The notes beneath the pieces were generated by a model that saw only the letters and a program-made list of their open reading frames with translations, was not told the DNA's origin and did no database searches. Both the position numbers and the translations under genes were made by a program. From contig MWCH01000002.1 of the NCBI GenBank assembly GCA_002069945.1, forward strand, positions 15,164 through 79,163: a stretch of DNA of 64,000 bases, written 5' to 3'. Origin of the DNA: Microgenomates group bacterium ADurb.Bin219. Its GTDB lineage: Bacteria; Patescibacteriota; Microgenomatia; UM-FILTER-40-11. Below are positions 46,101 to 55,228 of this stretch, in pieces; positions within the stretch are counted from its first letter, which is position 1, and every line of letters begins with the position of its first letter.

Positions 46101-47024
46101 GTGCCAAAAAAACTTTTTCTCGTTCCGGCTTTTTTCTTTGTCTTTTTAATTCTTATCTTTTACCTCTTGCTTTCTCGCTCTCCCGTTTCTTTTATCTCGC
46201 CTCTCGCTTCTCGCCTCTCGACTCACCTCCCAACTCCTACTCCCGCTTCTGTCTCCATTGTCGCTGTCGGTGATATCATGCTCGGCCGGAACGTTAATAA
46301 AAAAATGCACGATTACGACGATTTTCTTTACCCTTTTAGAAAAACGGCCGACTTCCTTTCCGGAGCCGATATTACTTTCGGTAATTTGGAATCTCCTTTT
46401 TTTGACCAATGCCCGGTTGTCGGTAGCGGCACTTTTAAGTTCTGCGGAGATTACCGCTCAGTTGAAGGCTTAAAAACGGCCGGCTTTGACGTTTTGTCTT
46501 TGGAAAACAATCATATTTTGAACTATGGCGAAGAAGGACTTAAACAAACCGTTGATCTTTTAAGACAAAACAATATTTCTCCTTCAACGGCAAACGAGAT
46601 AACGATTAAACGAGCCAACGAGATAACTTTCGGCTTCCTTTCTTTTTCCTACGACCGTAATTTGGACCAAGCCCTGGAAAAAGTCAAACAAGAAAAAGAT
46701 AAGGTTGATGTTTTAATTGTCTCTTTACATTGGGGAGCCGAATACAAAACCAAACCGGCAAAATCCCAAGTTGATTTAGCCCACCAATTAATTGATTCTG
46801 GCGTTAAGGTGATTTTGGGCCATCATTCCCATTGGGTTGGCGAAGTTGAACATTATCAGAACGGATTAATTTTTTATTCCTTAGGTAATTTTGTTTTTGA
46901 CCAAATGTGGAGTGAAGAAACCAAAAAAGGCTTAGTAGCCAAAATTAATTTTGAAGGTAAAAAAATTAAAGATTTTCAAACTTACCAGGTCCTTATCTCC
47001 GACTATTCCCAACCGAGTTTTTAA
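46101..47024 (+). CDS. CapA family (PGA_cap metallophosphatase-like) protein
   Basis: VAVGDIMLGRNV and ADITFGNLESP motifs, signal-anchor N-terminus; GTG start in track. Confidence 0.75.
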   Translation: MPKKLFLVPAFFFVFLILIFYLLLSRSPVSFISPLASRLSTHLPTPTPASVSIVAVGDIMLGRNVNKKMHDYDDFLYPFRKTADFLSGADITFGNLESPFFDQCPVVGSGTFKFCGDYRSVEGLKTAGFDVLSLENNHILNYGEEGLKQTVDLLRQNNISPSTANEITIKRANEITFGFLSFSYDRNLDQALEKVKQEKDKVDVLIVSLHWGAEYKTKPAKSQVDLAHQLIDSGVKVILGHHSHWVGEVEHYQNGLIFYSLGNFVFDQMWSEETKKGLVAKINFEGKKIKDFQTYQVLISDYSQPSF

Positions 47025-47047
47025 TCTTCCTCGAGCTTAAAAGCTAA

Positions 47048-47665
47048 CTAGCTTTTAACCATGCCGAATTTTTCCGGATAATTCTCTTTTTTGGGTAAAA
47101 CAATAAACAGGGCGTGGTAGTCATCAACCTGGCGTGGTTTTTTTGTTTTGGGATCCAAAACTTCGTTAATATCCCACCAACGCCTTTCAAATTTCAAGAC
47201 ACTAAAACAACGGTCTTTGCCGGCATAGGTTTTGTAGGGATCGGCCAAAGTTACCCAATTCTCCCTGCGGTTGATACCGGTAATAATGCTGTAATGGCCC
47301 GGGTCTTCGTCGTCGGTTTCTTCTTCTTCGTCGTCGTCCTCAAAAACTCCCTGCCACTCAACCCCAACCGGCCGATGGTGTTCGTTAATTAAGGCCGCCA
47401 ATTCCTCAATTGTCGATTGTCTTTTAAACCAAAAGTTCATCCCGGGAGCAACCAAATCGGTCGCAATGGCCAACTCCTCAATCGTCATTCCCTGGTCTTT
47501 TAGTTTATTGGTGGCGGTAATGGCGTTAATGATTTTGGTTTGGTTGATATAAACGCCTTCAAATCTTAATAGCATTTCCAAAACCGCCGGACCGCAACTA
47601 TAACTGCTTAATTGTTTTATCCTGGGAAGTGAAGGAAAAGAAATTTCACTTGAGGTCTTTGGCAT
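47048..47665 (-). CDS. Papain-like Peptidase_C39_2 (BtrH-like) domain protein with acidic insert
   Basis: Catalytic Cys context SYSCGPAVLEMLL, downstream PGHYSII His; poly-acidic stretch EDDDEEEETDDED; 20-nt overlap with the upstream ATP-grasp gene. Confidence 0.55.
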   Translation of the reverse strand: MPKTSSEISFPSLPRIKQLSSYSCGPAVLEMLLRFEGVYINQTKIINAITATNKLKDQGMTIEELAIATDLVAPGMNFWFKRQSTIEELAALINEHHRPVGVEWQGVFEDDDEEEETDDEDPGHYSIITGINRRENWVTLADPYKTYAGKDRCFSVLKFERRWWDINEVLDPKTKKPRQVDDYHALFIVLPKKENYPEKFGMVKS

Positions 47666-48710
47666 ATTTACTCAGCATGCTGGCCAAAAGGTCACTAAAA
47701 CTGACATCATGCAACTTGGCTACTTCGGTAAAGGGCAAGCCCAAATCCGGACCGAAGGCGGTATTGGGGTTAGAGTCGGTAAAGTAAGGCGTGTTTGTCT
47801 GTTCGTCCAACCGAATATCAAACTTAGCGTAATCTTTGTGCTGCAATCCCTGAAAAGCCCGAACCGCCAATCTGGCAATCTTGGTCCTCAGAGGCTCTTC
47901 CACTTTTTTAAACCGGTAGGCTTTTTCGTCATCGTAAGATTCGATGCTGGTAAAAAAATGCTTGCCGTCCGGTTTGGTCCGAAAAACCTTTTCCGCCATC
48001 ATGACGTGGCATTTTTGGTTGTCGTCAAAAACACAAACCGTTATTTCCGGACCGTCAATAAATTTTTCCACTACCACCGGCATTTTATAAGTGGTGATCA
48101 TCTCCTCCACTTTTTTTTCAACTTCTTTGGTCGTCTCCTTAACTGCCTTGTTGTCAATGCCGACACTGCCGCCGCTGCCATTTAGCTTAACGATCAAGGG
48201 CAAGCCCAAATCTTCCTGAATTCCGGTCCCGACCCGGCGGATAAACTGAAAAGCTGGAGTCGGAATCTCATAGGCCAAAAGCAGTCTTTTGGTTAAGTTG
48301 CGGTCGTTGCCAATTACCAAACCCTCTATCCCTGCTCCCGTATAAGGAAGATTGGAAAGTTCCAAAGCCGCCGGAACCGAACTTTGCAAACGGTCTTTTC
48401 CCCGCAAAGTGTCAACCAAATTCAAAACCAAATCCGGCTTGTCTACCAAAAGGTTGGTTAAAAAATATTGATTTCCCGGCGATCCCTTTGCTTCTATCCC
48501 CAATTTTTTGATTTCTTCAACAACTTCGGCCGCCCTTTGTTCGACCTCAACTTCGGCCTTATAAGCATCTTCCGTCGGAAACATTTCTCTTTCAACGTGG
48601 GAGTAAGCAACCACAACCAGCTTTAATTTTTTTAAGGCTTCCTTATCAATTTGAAGCTGAATTTTTTCTTCAACCGGCTCTTTGCCGTTATTGTCGCCGT
48701 TTCCGGTCAT
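47646..48710 (-). CDS. ATP-grasp ligase, D-Ala-D-Ala ligase-like
   Basis: IVKLNGSGGSVGI (Ddl-like KPxxxGSSxGI), ATP-grasp C-terminal Glu/Asn region. Confidence 0.65.
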   Translation of the reverse strand: MTGNGDNNGKEPVEEKIQLQIDKEALKKLKLVVVAYSHVEREMFPTEDAYKAEVEVEQRAAEVVEEIKKLGIEAKGSPGNQYFLTNLLVDKPDLVLNLVDTLRGKDRLQSSVPAALELSNLPYTGAGIEGLVIGNDRNLTKRLLLAYEIPTPAFQFIRRVGTGIQEDLGLPLIVKLNGSGGSVGIDNKAVKETTKEVEKKVEEMITTYKMPVVVEKFIDGPEITVCVFDDNQKCHVMMAEKVFRTKPDGKHFFTSIESYDDEKAYRFKKVEEPLRTKIARLAVRAFQGLQHKDYAKFDIRLDEQTNTPYFTDSNPNTAFGPDLGLPFTEVAKLHDVSFSDLLASMLSKYAKDLK

Positions 48711-48756
48711 AAACTTATGTTAACCTGTTTTGAAAAATAAATGCAACCGGCAATTT

Positions 48757-49695
48757 TCAATTTAAACCAAGGCAAACCAAAAAAGCCAAAAAACCCAGGA
48801 AAAACAAATAAGCAGTCCAGCGCGGAACAATCCGGCCTTTAAAATAACAAATCAATCCGTAAAAGCTTAAAGCGGAAAAAAGAAAGAAAAACCAGGTTAA
48901 ACCGGAAATAATCGGAACCGAAGAAAAAAATAAAGTTGCTCCACCAATTAAAAGGATATTGTATATATTGGAGCCCAAAACATTGCCAGTTGCCGCTTTT
49001 TGCTCATCTTTCCGCGTTCCGATAACGGTAAAAAACAATTCCGGCAAAGAAGTGGCAACCGCCGCCAAAGACAAGCCCAAAAAAGTCGTGGAAATTCCGC
49101 TGATTGAAGAAATTTGTTCAACCGAGCGGACAATAATATTTCCCGACCAAAAAATACCGGCCAAGGAAGCCAACAACAACCAAACGGTTTTCCAGTTTAA
49201 CTTTGTTTCTTCGCGGCAAATATGGCGGGAGTCTTCGTTGTCCCGACCCTCTATTCCCCAGCGGTATTCCTGAAAAGTAAAAAGGGCCGCCAGAAAAAGA
49301 AAAGCAAGGCCGATTAAACGGTAATAAACCCGAAAAACATTTAAAAAGAAAAAGGCAAAAGTTACCGCCACCATTAAGAACGCATTTCTTTGGGTTTTGC
49401 TGATGCCCATTTTTAAATCGGCCAATAAAACGCTAACGGGAAAGACCAAGAAAATATTAACGATATTGGAGCCGACAATATTTCCAATCGCCAAGCCCGG
49501 CTCGTTTTTTAAAACAGCCAAAAACGAGACAGCCAGCTCCGGCAGAGAAGTTCCAATGGCAACAACCGTCACGCCGACAACCAATGGAGAAATCCGCAAC
49601 GACAAGGAAGTTTCAATCGCTGAAGACATAAACGCCCGGGTAGAAAATAAAAGCAATAAAATCGCCAGTAAAAGCAAAAGAAGAGCATTAAGCAT
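48757..49695 (-). CDS. Ca2+/cation antiporter (CaCA / YrbG-like Na+/Ca2+ exchanger)
   Basis: Two alpha-repeats GTSLPELAVS / ATSLPELFFT with GNIVGSNI(V/Y)N, polytopic. Confidence 0.75.
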   Translation of the reverse strand: MLNALLLLLLAILLLLFSTRAFMSSAIETSLSLRISPLVVGVTVVAIGTSLPELAVSFLAVLKNEPGLAIGNIVGSNIVNIFLVFPVSVLLADLKMGISKTQRNAFLMVAVTFAFFFLNVFRVYYRLIGLAFLFLAALFTFQEYRWGIEGRDNEDSRHICREETKLNWKTVWLLLASLAGIFWSGNIIVRSVEQISSISGISTTFLGLSLAAVATSLPELFFTVIGTRKDEQKAATGNVLGSNIYNILLIGGATLFFSSVPIISGLTWFFFLFSALSFYGLICYFKGRIVPRWTAYLFFLGFLAFLVCLGLN

Positions 49696-49789
49696 TTCCT
49701 TTTAATCCTAGCAAAGAAAGTTAAAAAAGAAAAATTGGCCGAAGAAGGTTGAGAGATAAATCAATTTCAAAACTGTTTAGAAAAAAGGT

Positions 49790-50542
49790 CTAAATTTTTT
49801 CGTATAATATGCCCAAGTAATTTTTCTTGTTAAAAAAATCTTTAATATCTTTAAACGGTTTTTCCTGATATTTTTCTGACTTATTTTCCTCCGGATAATC
49901 CTTAAGCCAAATCACACACGGCTGAATGATTTCCACCAAAGAAAATCCTTTATGTCTAATCGCCGATTTTAAAATTTCCGTTGTTTGTGCCAAGTCGGAC
50001 GACTGCGTCCGCGCCAAAAAAGAAGCTCCCGCAACGGCGGCCAGATCAATTGCCGAAAGCGGCTCAAAAGGATTACCTTCGGGAGTGGAACGGGTTTTTA
50101 AGCCTTTTGGCGTTGCCGCCGAAGTTTGGCCAGTCGTCAGGGCAAAAACGTAATTGTTATTAAGAATAACGGTGATGTCATCGTTTCTTTGGGCCGCGTG
50201 AATCAAGTGGTTACCGCCTTCGGTAACAATACCCCCCTCTCCTCCTTGAGCAATCACCGTTAATTTAGGATTGGCCATTTTAACACCCACTGCCACCGGA
50301 ATTGACCGGCCGTGTAAGGTCGCAAAACCGCAGACGTTTAAATTATTGACCATATTGGCCGCACAGCCGATATCGTAAGTAGCCACCACGTCTTTCGGTT
50401 CCAAATTTAATTCGCCAATCGCTTTTTTAATCGCCGCCAAAACCAGATAGTTGCCGCAACCCGGACACCAGGTTGGTTGAACTCCAGTACTAAGATCGCT
50501 TAACTTATTCATAATTTCAAAAAACTGTTTTACGAATTCCAA
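49790..50542 (-). CDS. 2-oxoacid:ferredoxin oxidoreductase beta subunit (TPP-binding)
   Basis: TWCPGCGNY motif and TPP-binding GDG region. Confidence 0.85.
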   Translation of the reverse strand: MEFVKQFFEIMNKLSDLSTGVQPTWCPGCGNYLVLAAIKKAIGELNLEPKDVVATYDIGCAANMVNNLNVCGFATLHGRSIPVAVGVKMANPKLTVIAQGGEGGIVTEGGNHLIHAAQRNDDITVILNNNYVFALTTGQTSAATPKGLKTRSTPEGNPFEPLSAIDLAAVAGASFLARTQSSDLAQTTEILKSAIRHKGFSLVEIIQPCVIWLKDYPEENKSEKYQEKPFKDIKDFFNKKNYLGILYEKI

Positions 50543-50629
50543 AACTCAAAACTTAAACCGCAAAACTCAAAACTAAAACTTAAAACTATAACTTCAAAGA
50601 TTTAAGGATTTGAGATTTGGATTTAACAT

Positions 50630-52246
50630 TTAACATTTGAGTTTTAAGATTTTTTGTTCCAATTCTTCTTTAAAAAACGGTCTTCCGTCATCTTTCAAGA
50701 TTTTCTGCACTTTTAATCCTGTTTTTAATTCAATCAAATCCGCCATTTGGCCCGAATAATTGCCTTCAACAGCAATTATTTTTTTGACCTTTTTCAAAAT
50801 TGATGTCACTTCTTGTGGGAATGGCCAGGGCCGCCAAAAATGAATTAAATTATAATCCGGATTTTCTTTAATAAAATCCAAGAGGATTCCTTTAGTTGAT
50901 CCCCAGGAAACCAACGTTCCCCTCTTTCCTTCTTCTCCGTATTTTTCAAATCCTCCCTTTAGCCCGCTTAATTTTCCCCTTCTTTTCTCCATCATTTCGT
51001 TTCTCATTTCTGCCTCGTCGGTAGAAAACCCTTTTTCATCATGCTCATAAGAATTGGTTAAAAAGGCGGTTTGTCCCGGAAAAGCTCTTGGTGAAATGCC
51101 GCTTTTCGTCAACTGATATCTTTTATAATCTTCAGGATTTTTTACCCCACTTGATACTTTTAATACTTTTATTTCTTTTAATTCCCCTTCATTGGCCGAG
51201 AATCTGCTTTCCGCCAAATACTTGTCCGTCATCAAGATCACCGGCACCTGGTATTCCTCCGCCAAATTAAAGGCTTCCGCTCCAAACCGGTAAAGTTCCT
51301 GTAAATCACCCGGAGCTAAAATAATCCGAGGAAATTCGCCTTGACCGGCGTAAATAGCAAAATTCAAATCCGCCTGGGAAGAATAAGTTGCCATTCCGGT
51401 TGATGGTCCAGCCCTTTGGCCCAATACAATTACCAGAGGAATTTCCGCTATTCCCGCCATCCCCAAACCTTCTGTCATTAAAGAAAATCCGCCGCCCGAA
51501 GTCGCCACCATCGCCCTTTTCCCGGCGTAAGAAGCGCCGATGGCGGCCAGAATTCCGGCAACTTCGTCCTCTGGCCGGAAAACCGTTACTATGGATTTGC
51601 TTAATTCGGTTAAAACGGCGTTTATCGGCGTCATCGGGTAGATAGCGGCAAAACCGCATTGGCCCACCAGAATTCCCCTCACCAAAGCTTCGTTTCCGGT
51701 CAGATTAATAATTCCTTTCCTTCTTCCTAATTCCCGATTCTCGACCCCCTTCCAAATTCTCAACCCGACATCCTTCCCTTTAGAAAAACCCGATCTCGCT
51801 GCCGATAGGTTTAATTTAAAAATTTTCTCCTCCTTAAAATCTTCTCTCAACTGTTCTTCCAAAACTTTTAAATCAAACCCTAATATTTTCCATAAAAAGC
51901 CCAAGGTAGCGCTGTTTTTTACCAATTCCGTCTCCACTTTTATTCCCAATTCCCCCAATTCATAAGTCCGGCCGGCCTTTTTAACTTCTCCCCGGTGATT
52001 TTTCAAACATTCGGAGTTAAAAGCCAAAAGCAAATCAATCTTTTCGTTCGGAGAATTTACCGGTTCGGAAGAAAAGACAATTTGCAGATTGTTGTCGCCC
52101 CCTCTGATTTGGGAGGGATATTCCGGATAAACCAAAGTATAAAAACCCAAGCGGTTTAAAGCCTTAGAAAAGGTCTCGCCCGCCCGCATTATTCCCGTTC
52201 CTGCCGGACCTGAAATTTTAAGAGAAAAATTTCCCTTCATTTTCAT
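50630..52246 (-). CDS. 2-oxoacid:ferredoxin oxidoreductase alpha subunit with N-terminal gamma-like domain
   Basis: N-terminal ISGPAGTGIMRAGETF gamma-domain motif followed by an alpha-subunit body; adjacent to the beta subunit. Confidence 0.8.
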   Translation of the reverse strand: MKMKGNFSLKISGPAGTGIMRAGETFSKALNRLGFYTLVYPEYPSQIRGGDNNLQIVFSSEPVNSPNEKIDLLLAFNSECLKNHRGEVKKAGRTYELGELGIKVETELVKNSATLGFLWKILGFDLKVLEEQLREDFKEEKIFKLNLSAARSGFSKGKDVGLRIWKGVENRELGRRKGIINLTGNEALVRGILVGQCGFAAIYPMTPINAVLTELSKSIVTVFRPEDEVAGILAAIGASYAGKRAMVATSGGGFSLMTEGLGMAGIAEIPLVIVLGQRAGPSTGMATYSSQADLNFAIYAGQGEFPRIILAPGDLQELYRFGAEAFNLAEEYQVPVILMTDKYLAESRFSANEGELKEIKVLKVSSGVKNPEDYKRYQLTKSGISPRAFPGQTAFLTNSYEHDEKGFSTDEAEMRNEMMEKRRGKLSGLKGGFEKYGEEGKRGTLVSWGSTKGILLDFIKENPDYNLIHFWRPWPFPQEVTSILKKVKKIIAVEGNYSGQMADLIELKTGLKVQKILKDDGRPFFKEELEQKILKLKC

Positions 52247-52668
52247 TTTTCACTTTTCGTTTTTAATTTATTTTTATAGTCCTCAATTGCTTTCCTGACT
52301 GCTTCTTCGGCTAAAATTGAGCAGTGGGTTTTAGCCGGCGGCAAACCGTCCAAAGCCTCCATCACCGCCTTGTTGGTCAATTTTTCCGCCTGAGCCAAGG
52401 TTTTGCCCTTAATTAACTCTGTTGCCATTGAGCTGGTGGCGATAGCCGCACCACATCCCAAAGTTTGGAATTTAACATCCTCAACAACTTCCTCACTTTT
52501 ACCTTTTACCTTTTGATTTTTAACTTTGATAAACATTCTCATTACATCCCCGCAAACCGGATTCCCGACAGTTGAAACTCCGTCGGGATTTTTCATTTCC
52601 CCCATATTTCTCGGGTGAAAGAAATGATCTAAAACTTTTTTGGAATAAAGTTGGTTAATGTTGGCCAT
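52243..52668 (-). CDS. Fe-S cluster assembly scaffold IscU/NifU
   Basis: VGNPVCGDVMRMFIKV and ...KFQTLGCGAAIAT... motifs. Start refined from track (52761) to the Met of MANINQLYSKKVLDHF at 52668, which removes the overlap with iscS. Confidence 0.75.
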   Translation of the reverse strand: MANINQLYSKKVLDHFFHPRNMGEMKNPDGVSTVGNPVCGDVMRMFIKVKNQKVKGKSEEVVEDVKFQTLGCGAAIATSSMATELIKGKTLAQAEKLTNKAVMEALDGLPPAKTHCSILAEEAVRKAIEDYKNKLKTKSEK

Positions 52669-52726
52669 TGTTGTTCTCTGTTGTCTCAAAAAACCAAATA
52701 ACAAGCTAACGAAATCGCGATTTATA

Positions 52727-53917
52727 TTATAATTTTGGTGCCATTTTCCTGATACCGTCAATCACTCCGGGTAAAACTTTTAATACATAATCTATTTCTT
52801 CTTCCGTTGTTTTCCTTCCCAGGGAAAACCTGATTGAACCATGGGCAACTTCAGGCGGAATCCCCATTGCCAACAAAACATGAGAGGGCCGTAAGGATCC
52901 GGAAGTGCAAGCGCTTCCCGAAGAAGCCGCAATCCCCTCCGCATCCAATCTTAACAAAATAGCTTCTCCTTCCGCCCCTTTAAAGCAAAAAGAGGCAATG
53001 TGCGGAGCTCTTCGGTCCGGAGAACCGGTCAAAATACTGTCGGGGATTCTTTTTAAAATCTCTTTAATAAGTTTATCCCGAAGTTTTGTCAGCTCGATCG
53101 CCCGCAATTTTCCTTCCCCGCCAACTAATTCGACCGCCCTTCCCAATCCTACGATATAGGGGGTATTTTCCGTTCCCGACCTTAAATCTCTTTCTTGCCC
53201 TCCCCCATCCTGCTGTCTGATTAACGGCACTCCATCGCGGACATATAAAACTCCAACTCCTTTGGGAGCATAAAATTTATGACCGGTAAAAGACAGCAAA
53301 TCCACCCCCAATTTGTCAACATGACAATCCAGATATTGAATTCCTTGAGTCGCGTCCGTATGAAAATAAATTTTTCTTCCATACTTTTGACTTTTAACTT
53401 TTATCATTTGGCCGATTTCCGCGATCGGTTCAATTGTCCCGACTTCGTTGTTAACGTACATTACCGAAACTAACACGGTATTGGATTTTATGGCTTTTTC
53501 CAAATCTTTAACCTTAACCAAACCGTATTTATCCACCGGTAAATAAGTTACTTCCGCCATTCCCGACTTTTCCAGATGACGGCATGTTTCTAATACTGCC
53601 TTATGTTCGATCTCCGAAGTAATAACATGTGGCTTTCCGGCGACCGAGGACCGATTGCCGACGGCTTCAACTAATCCCTTATGAGCTAAATTTATGGACT
53701 CGGTAGCGCAGGAAGTAAAAATTATCTCCTGGGTTTTTGCCCCTAAAAAATCGGCAATTTTATTCCGGCTTTCCTCGATCGCTACTCTTGCTTGCTGCCC
53801 CCATCCGTGCGGCTCAGAAGGATTGCCGAATATTTCCGACCAGTAAGGCTCCATCGCCTTGATAACCTCGGGCCGAACCGGAGTAGTCGCCGCATAATCT
53901 AAATATATCTTTTCCAT
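52727..53917 (-). CDS. Cysteine desulfurase (IscS/NifS)
   Basis: PLP-lysine region SGHKFYAPKGVGVLYV and C-terminal SSGSACTSGS. Confidence 0.85.
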   Translation of the reverse strand: MEKIYLDYAATTPVRPEVIKAMEPYWSEIFGNPSEPHGWGQQARVAIEESRNKIADFLGAKTQEIIFTSCATESINLAHKGLVEAVGNRSSVAGKPHVITSEIEHKAVLETCRHLEKSGMAEVTYLPVDKYGLVKVKDLEKAIKSNTVLVSVMYVNNEVGTIEPIAEIGQMIKVKSQKYGRKIYFHTDATQGIQYLDCHVDKLGVDLLSFTGHKFYAPKGVGVLYVRDGVPLIRQQDGGGQERDLRSGTENTPYIVGLGRAVELVGGEGKLRAIELTKLRDKLIKEILKRIPDSILTGSPDRRAPHIASFCFKGAEGEAILLRLDAEGIAASSGSACTSGSLRPSHVLLAMGIPPEVAHGSIRFSLGRKTTEEEIDYVLKVLPGVIDGIRKMAPKL

Positions 53918-53920
53918 CGT

Positions 53921-54190
53921 TTACTCTTGCCAGCCCCCAAAACAGGCTCCCCCTTCCGGGCAATTCAGTTTAATCTGATAATAAACTTCCCGGCCTTTCT
54001 TTTTTGCCTTCAGCAATCTTTCTTTCTCCATCATTTTCAAATGGTAAGAAACCGTTGGTTGGCGGAGTTTTAATTTTTTGGTAATTTCGCCGACGGTTTT
54101 ATCTCCTTCAAGGTAAAGATACTCAAATATCTTCCTTCGGGAAAGATCGGCCATTTGGGGAATGGCAAACGGGCAACAAGGAATATTCAT
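53921..54190 (-). CDS. ArsR/SmtB family HTH transcriptional regulator
   Basis: HTH region ...RQPTVSYHLKMM...; heads the iscS-iscU operon; extra Cys (CCP, C..C) may sense metal or Fe-S. Confidence 0.6.
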   Translation of the reverse strand: MNIPCCPFAIPQMADLSRRKIFEYLYLEGDKTVGEITKKLKLRQPTVSYHLKMMEKERLLKAKKKGREVYYQIKLNCPEGGACFGGWQE

Positions 54191-54232
54191 AATATATAGA
54201 TATTAGTCTATACTTCTTTCCTTGTCAAGTCT

Positions 54233-55204
54233 TTATTCCATTTCTTCAAAAATTTCATTTCTTTTTATAAAAGCCCTTAAAAAATCGTAAAAGGGAGTAA
54301 TCTGAGATTGGTATTGATTCATCGCTTTCAATTTATTGTCTTCCTCTTCCGTCGATAATTCAAAGCTAAACCAGCCCTTTTGAGAGAATAATTTTTTCGG
54401 CGGATAAAGAAAACTGTCTTTTTGTAATTTCTTTTCGGGCGGATAAAGAGGATAGTGCACCAAATAGCTAAAAATCTTAACCGGCCGGCCAATTTCCTCT
54501 AAAACTTTTTTCAGAAAAGAATAAGTCGCCTGGTGATCGGAGTGCAAATCGCGAGGATGAGCAACTAAAATCACTGTTGGCTTAAATTCCGTAATAATCT
54601 CTTTCAAATCAACAACTAGATTTTCCCCGGCGTAAACTCTGGTTGGTTTATAAGTTCCCCTATAGGGATTATGATTAAACCTGGTTCCGGGAGAAACCAA
54701 TGGATTAAACTCGCTATAAAACTTGCTCAACATCGACTTAAGTCCTTGATCGGGGTATCCCAAGAAAATCAAATTATTTTCTTTCAATCCCAAGGTTGCC
54801 ATTGCCCTTTTCCCTTCCGCCATTCTTTGTTCGCCAAGCAAAACAAATTGTTCCGGATCAAGGGTAATTTTCCTATCTTCTTTAATTACCCCACCCAAGC
54901 TGTCATCGCCGTTGGTTAAATAGACAATCTTCACCGAAGCTTTTTGGGCAAGAGCCTTTAAAATAACTCCTCCTCCACCTATCGTTTCGTCGTCAATGTG
55001 TGGCGCCAAAATTAAAAATTTTTCCCGGTTGCTGATTTCCGGAAATTTACCCAATTCCGATTTTGTCAAAAACCAACCGCCTAACAATCCCAAACCAAAC
55101 GTCCAAAACCCCCAAATCAAAAAAAGAAAAAAGAAAATCATCCTAAATTTCTTATTCCCCCGATAATTACGGCCAATTTGTTTTAAAAAATTAAAAAACT
55201 TCAT
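54233..55204 (-). CDS. PIG-L (LmbE-like) family deacetylase with N-terminal signal-anchor
   Basis: LILAPHIDDETIGGGG (HPDDE-type) motif. Track start 55447 would overlap the divergent GT2 gene; ATG at 55204 (MKFFNF) or 55141 is more plausible. Confidence 0.65.
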   Translation of the reverse strand: MKFFNFLKQIGRNYRGNKKFRMIFFFLFLIWGFWTFGLGLLGGWFLTKSELGKFPEISNREKFLILAPHIDDETIGGGGVILKALAQKASVKIVYLTNGDDSLGGVIKEDRKITLDPEQFVLLGEQRMAEGKRAMATLGLKENNLIFLGYPDQGLKSMLSKFYSEFNPLVSPGTRFNHNPYRGTYKPTRVYAGENLVVDLKEIITEFKPTVILVAHPRDLHSDHQATYSFLKKVLEEIGRPVKIFSYLVHYPLYPPEKKLQKDSFLYPPKKLFSQKGWFSFELSTEEEDNKLKAMNQYQSQITPFYDFLRAFIKRNEIFEEME

Positions 55205-55228
55205 CCCTCCAATGTTATAATATTGACG

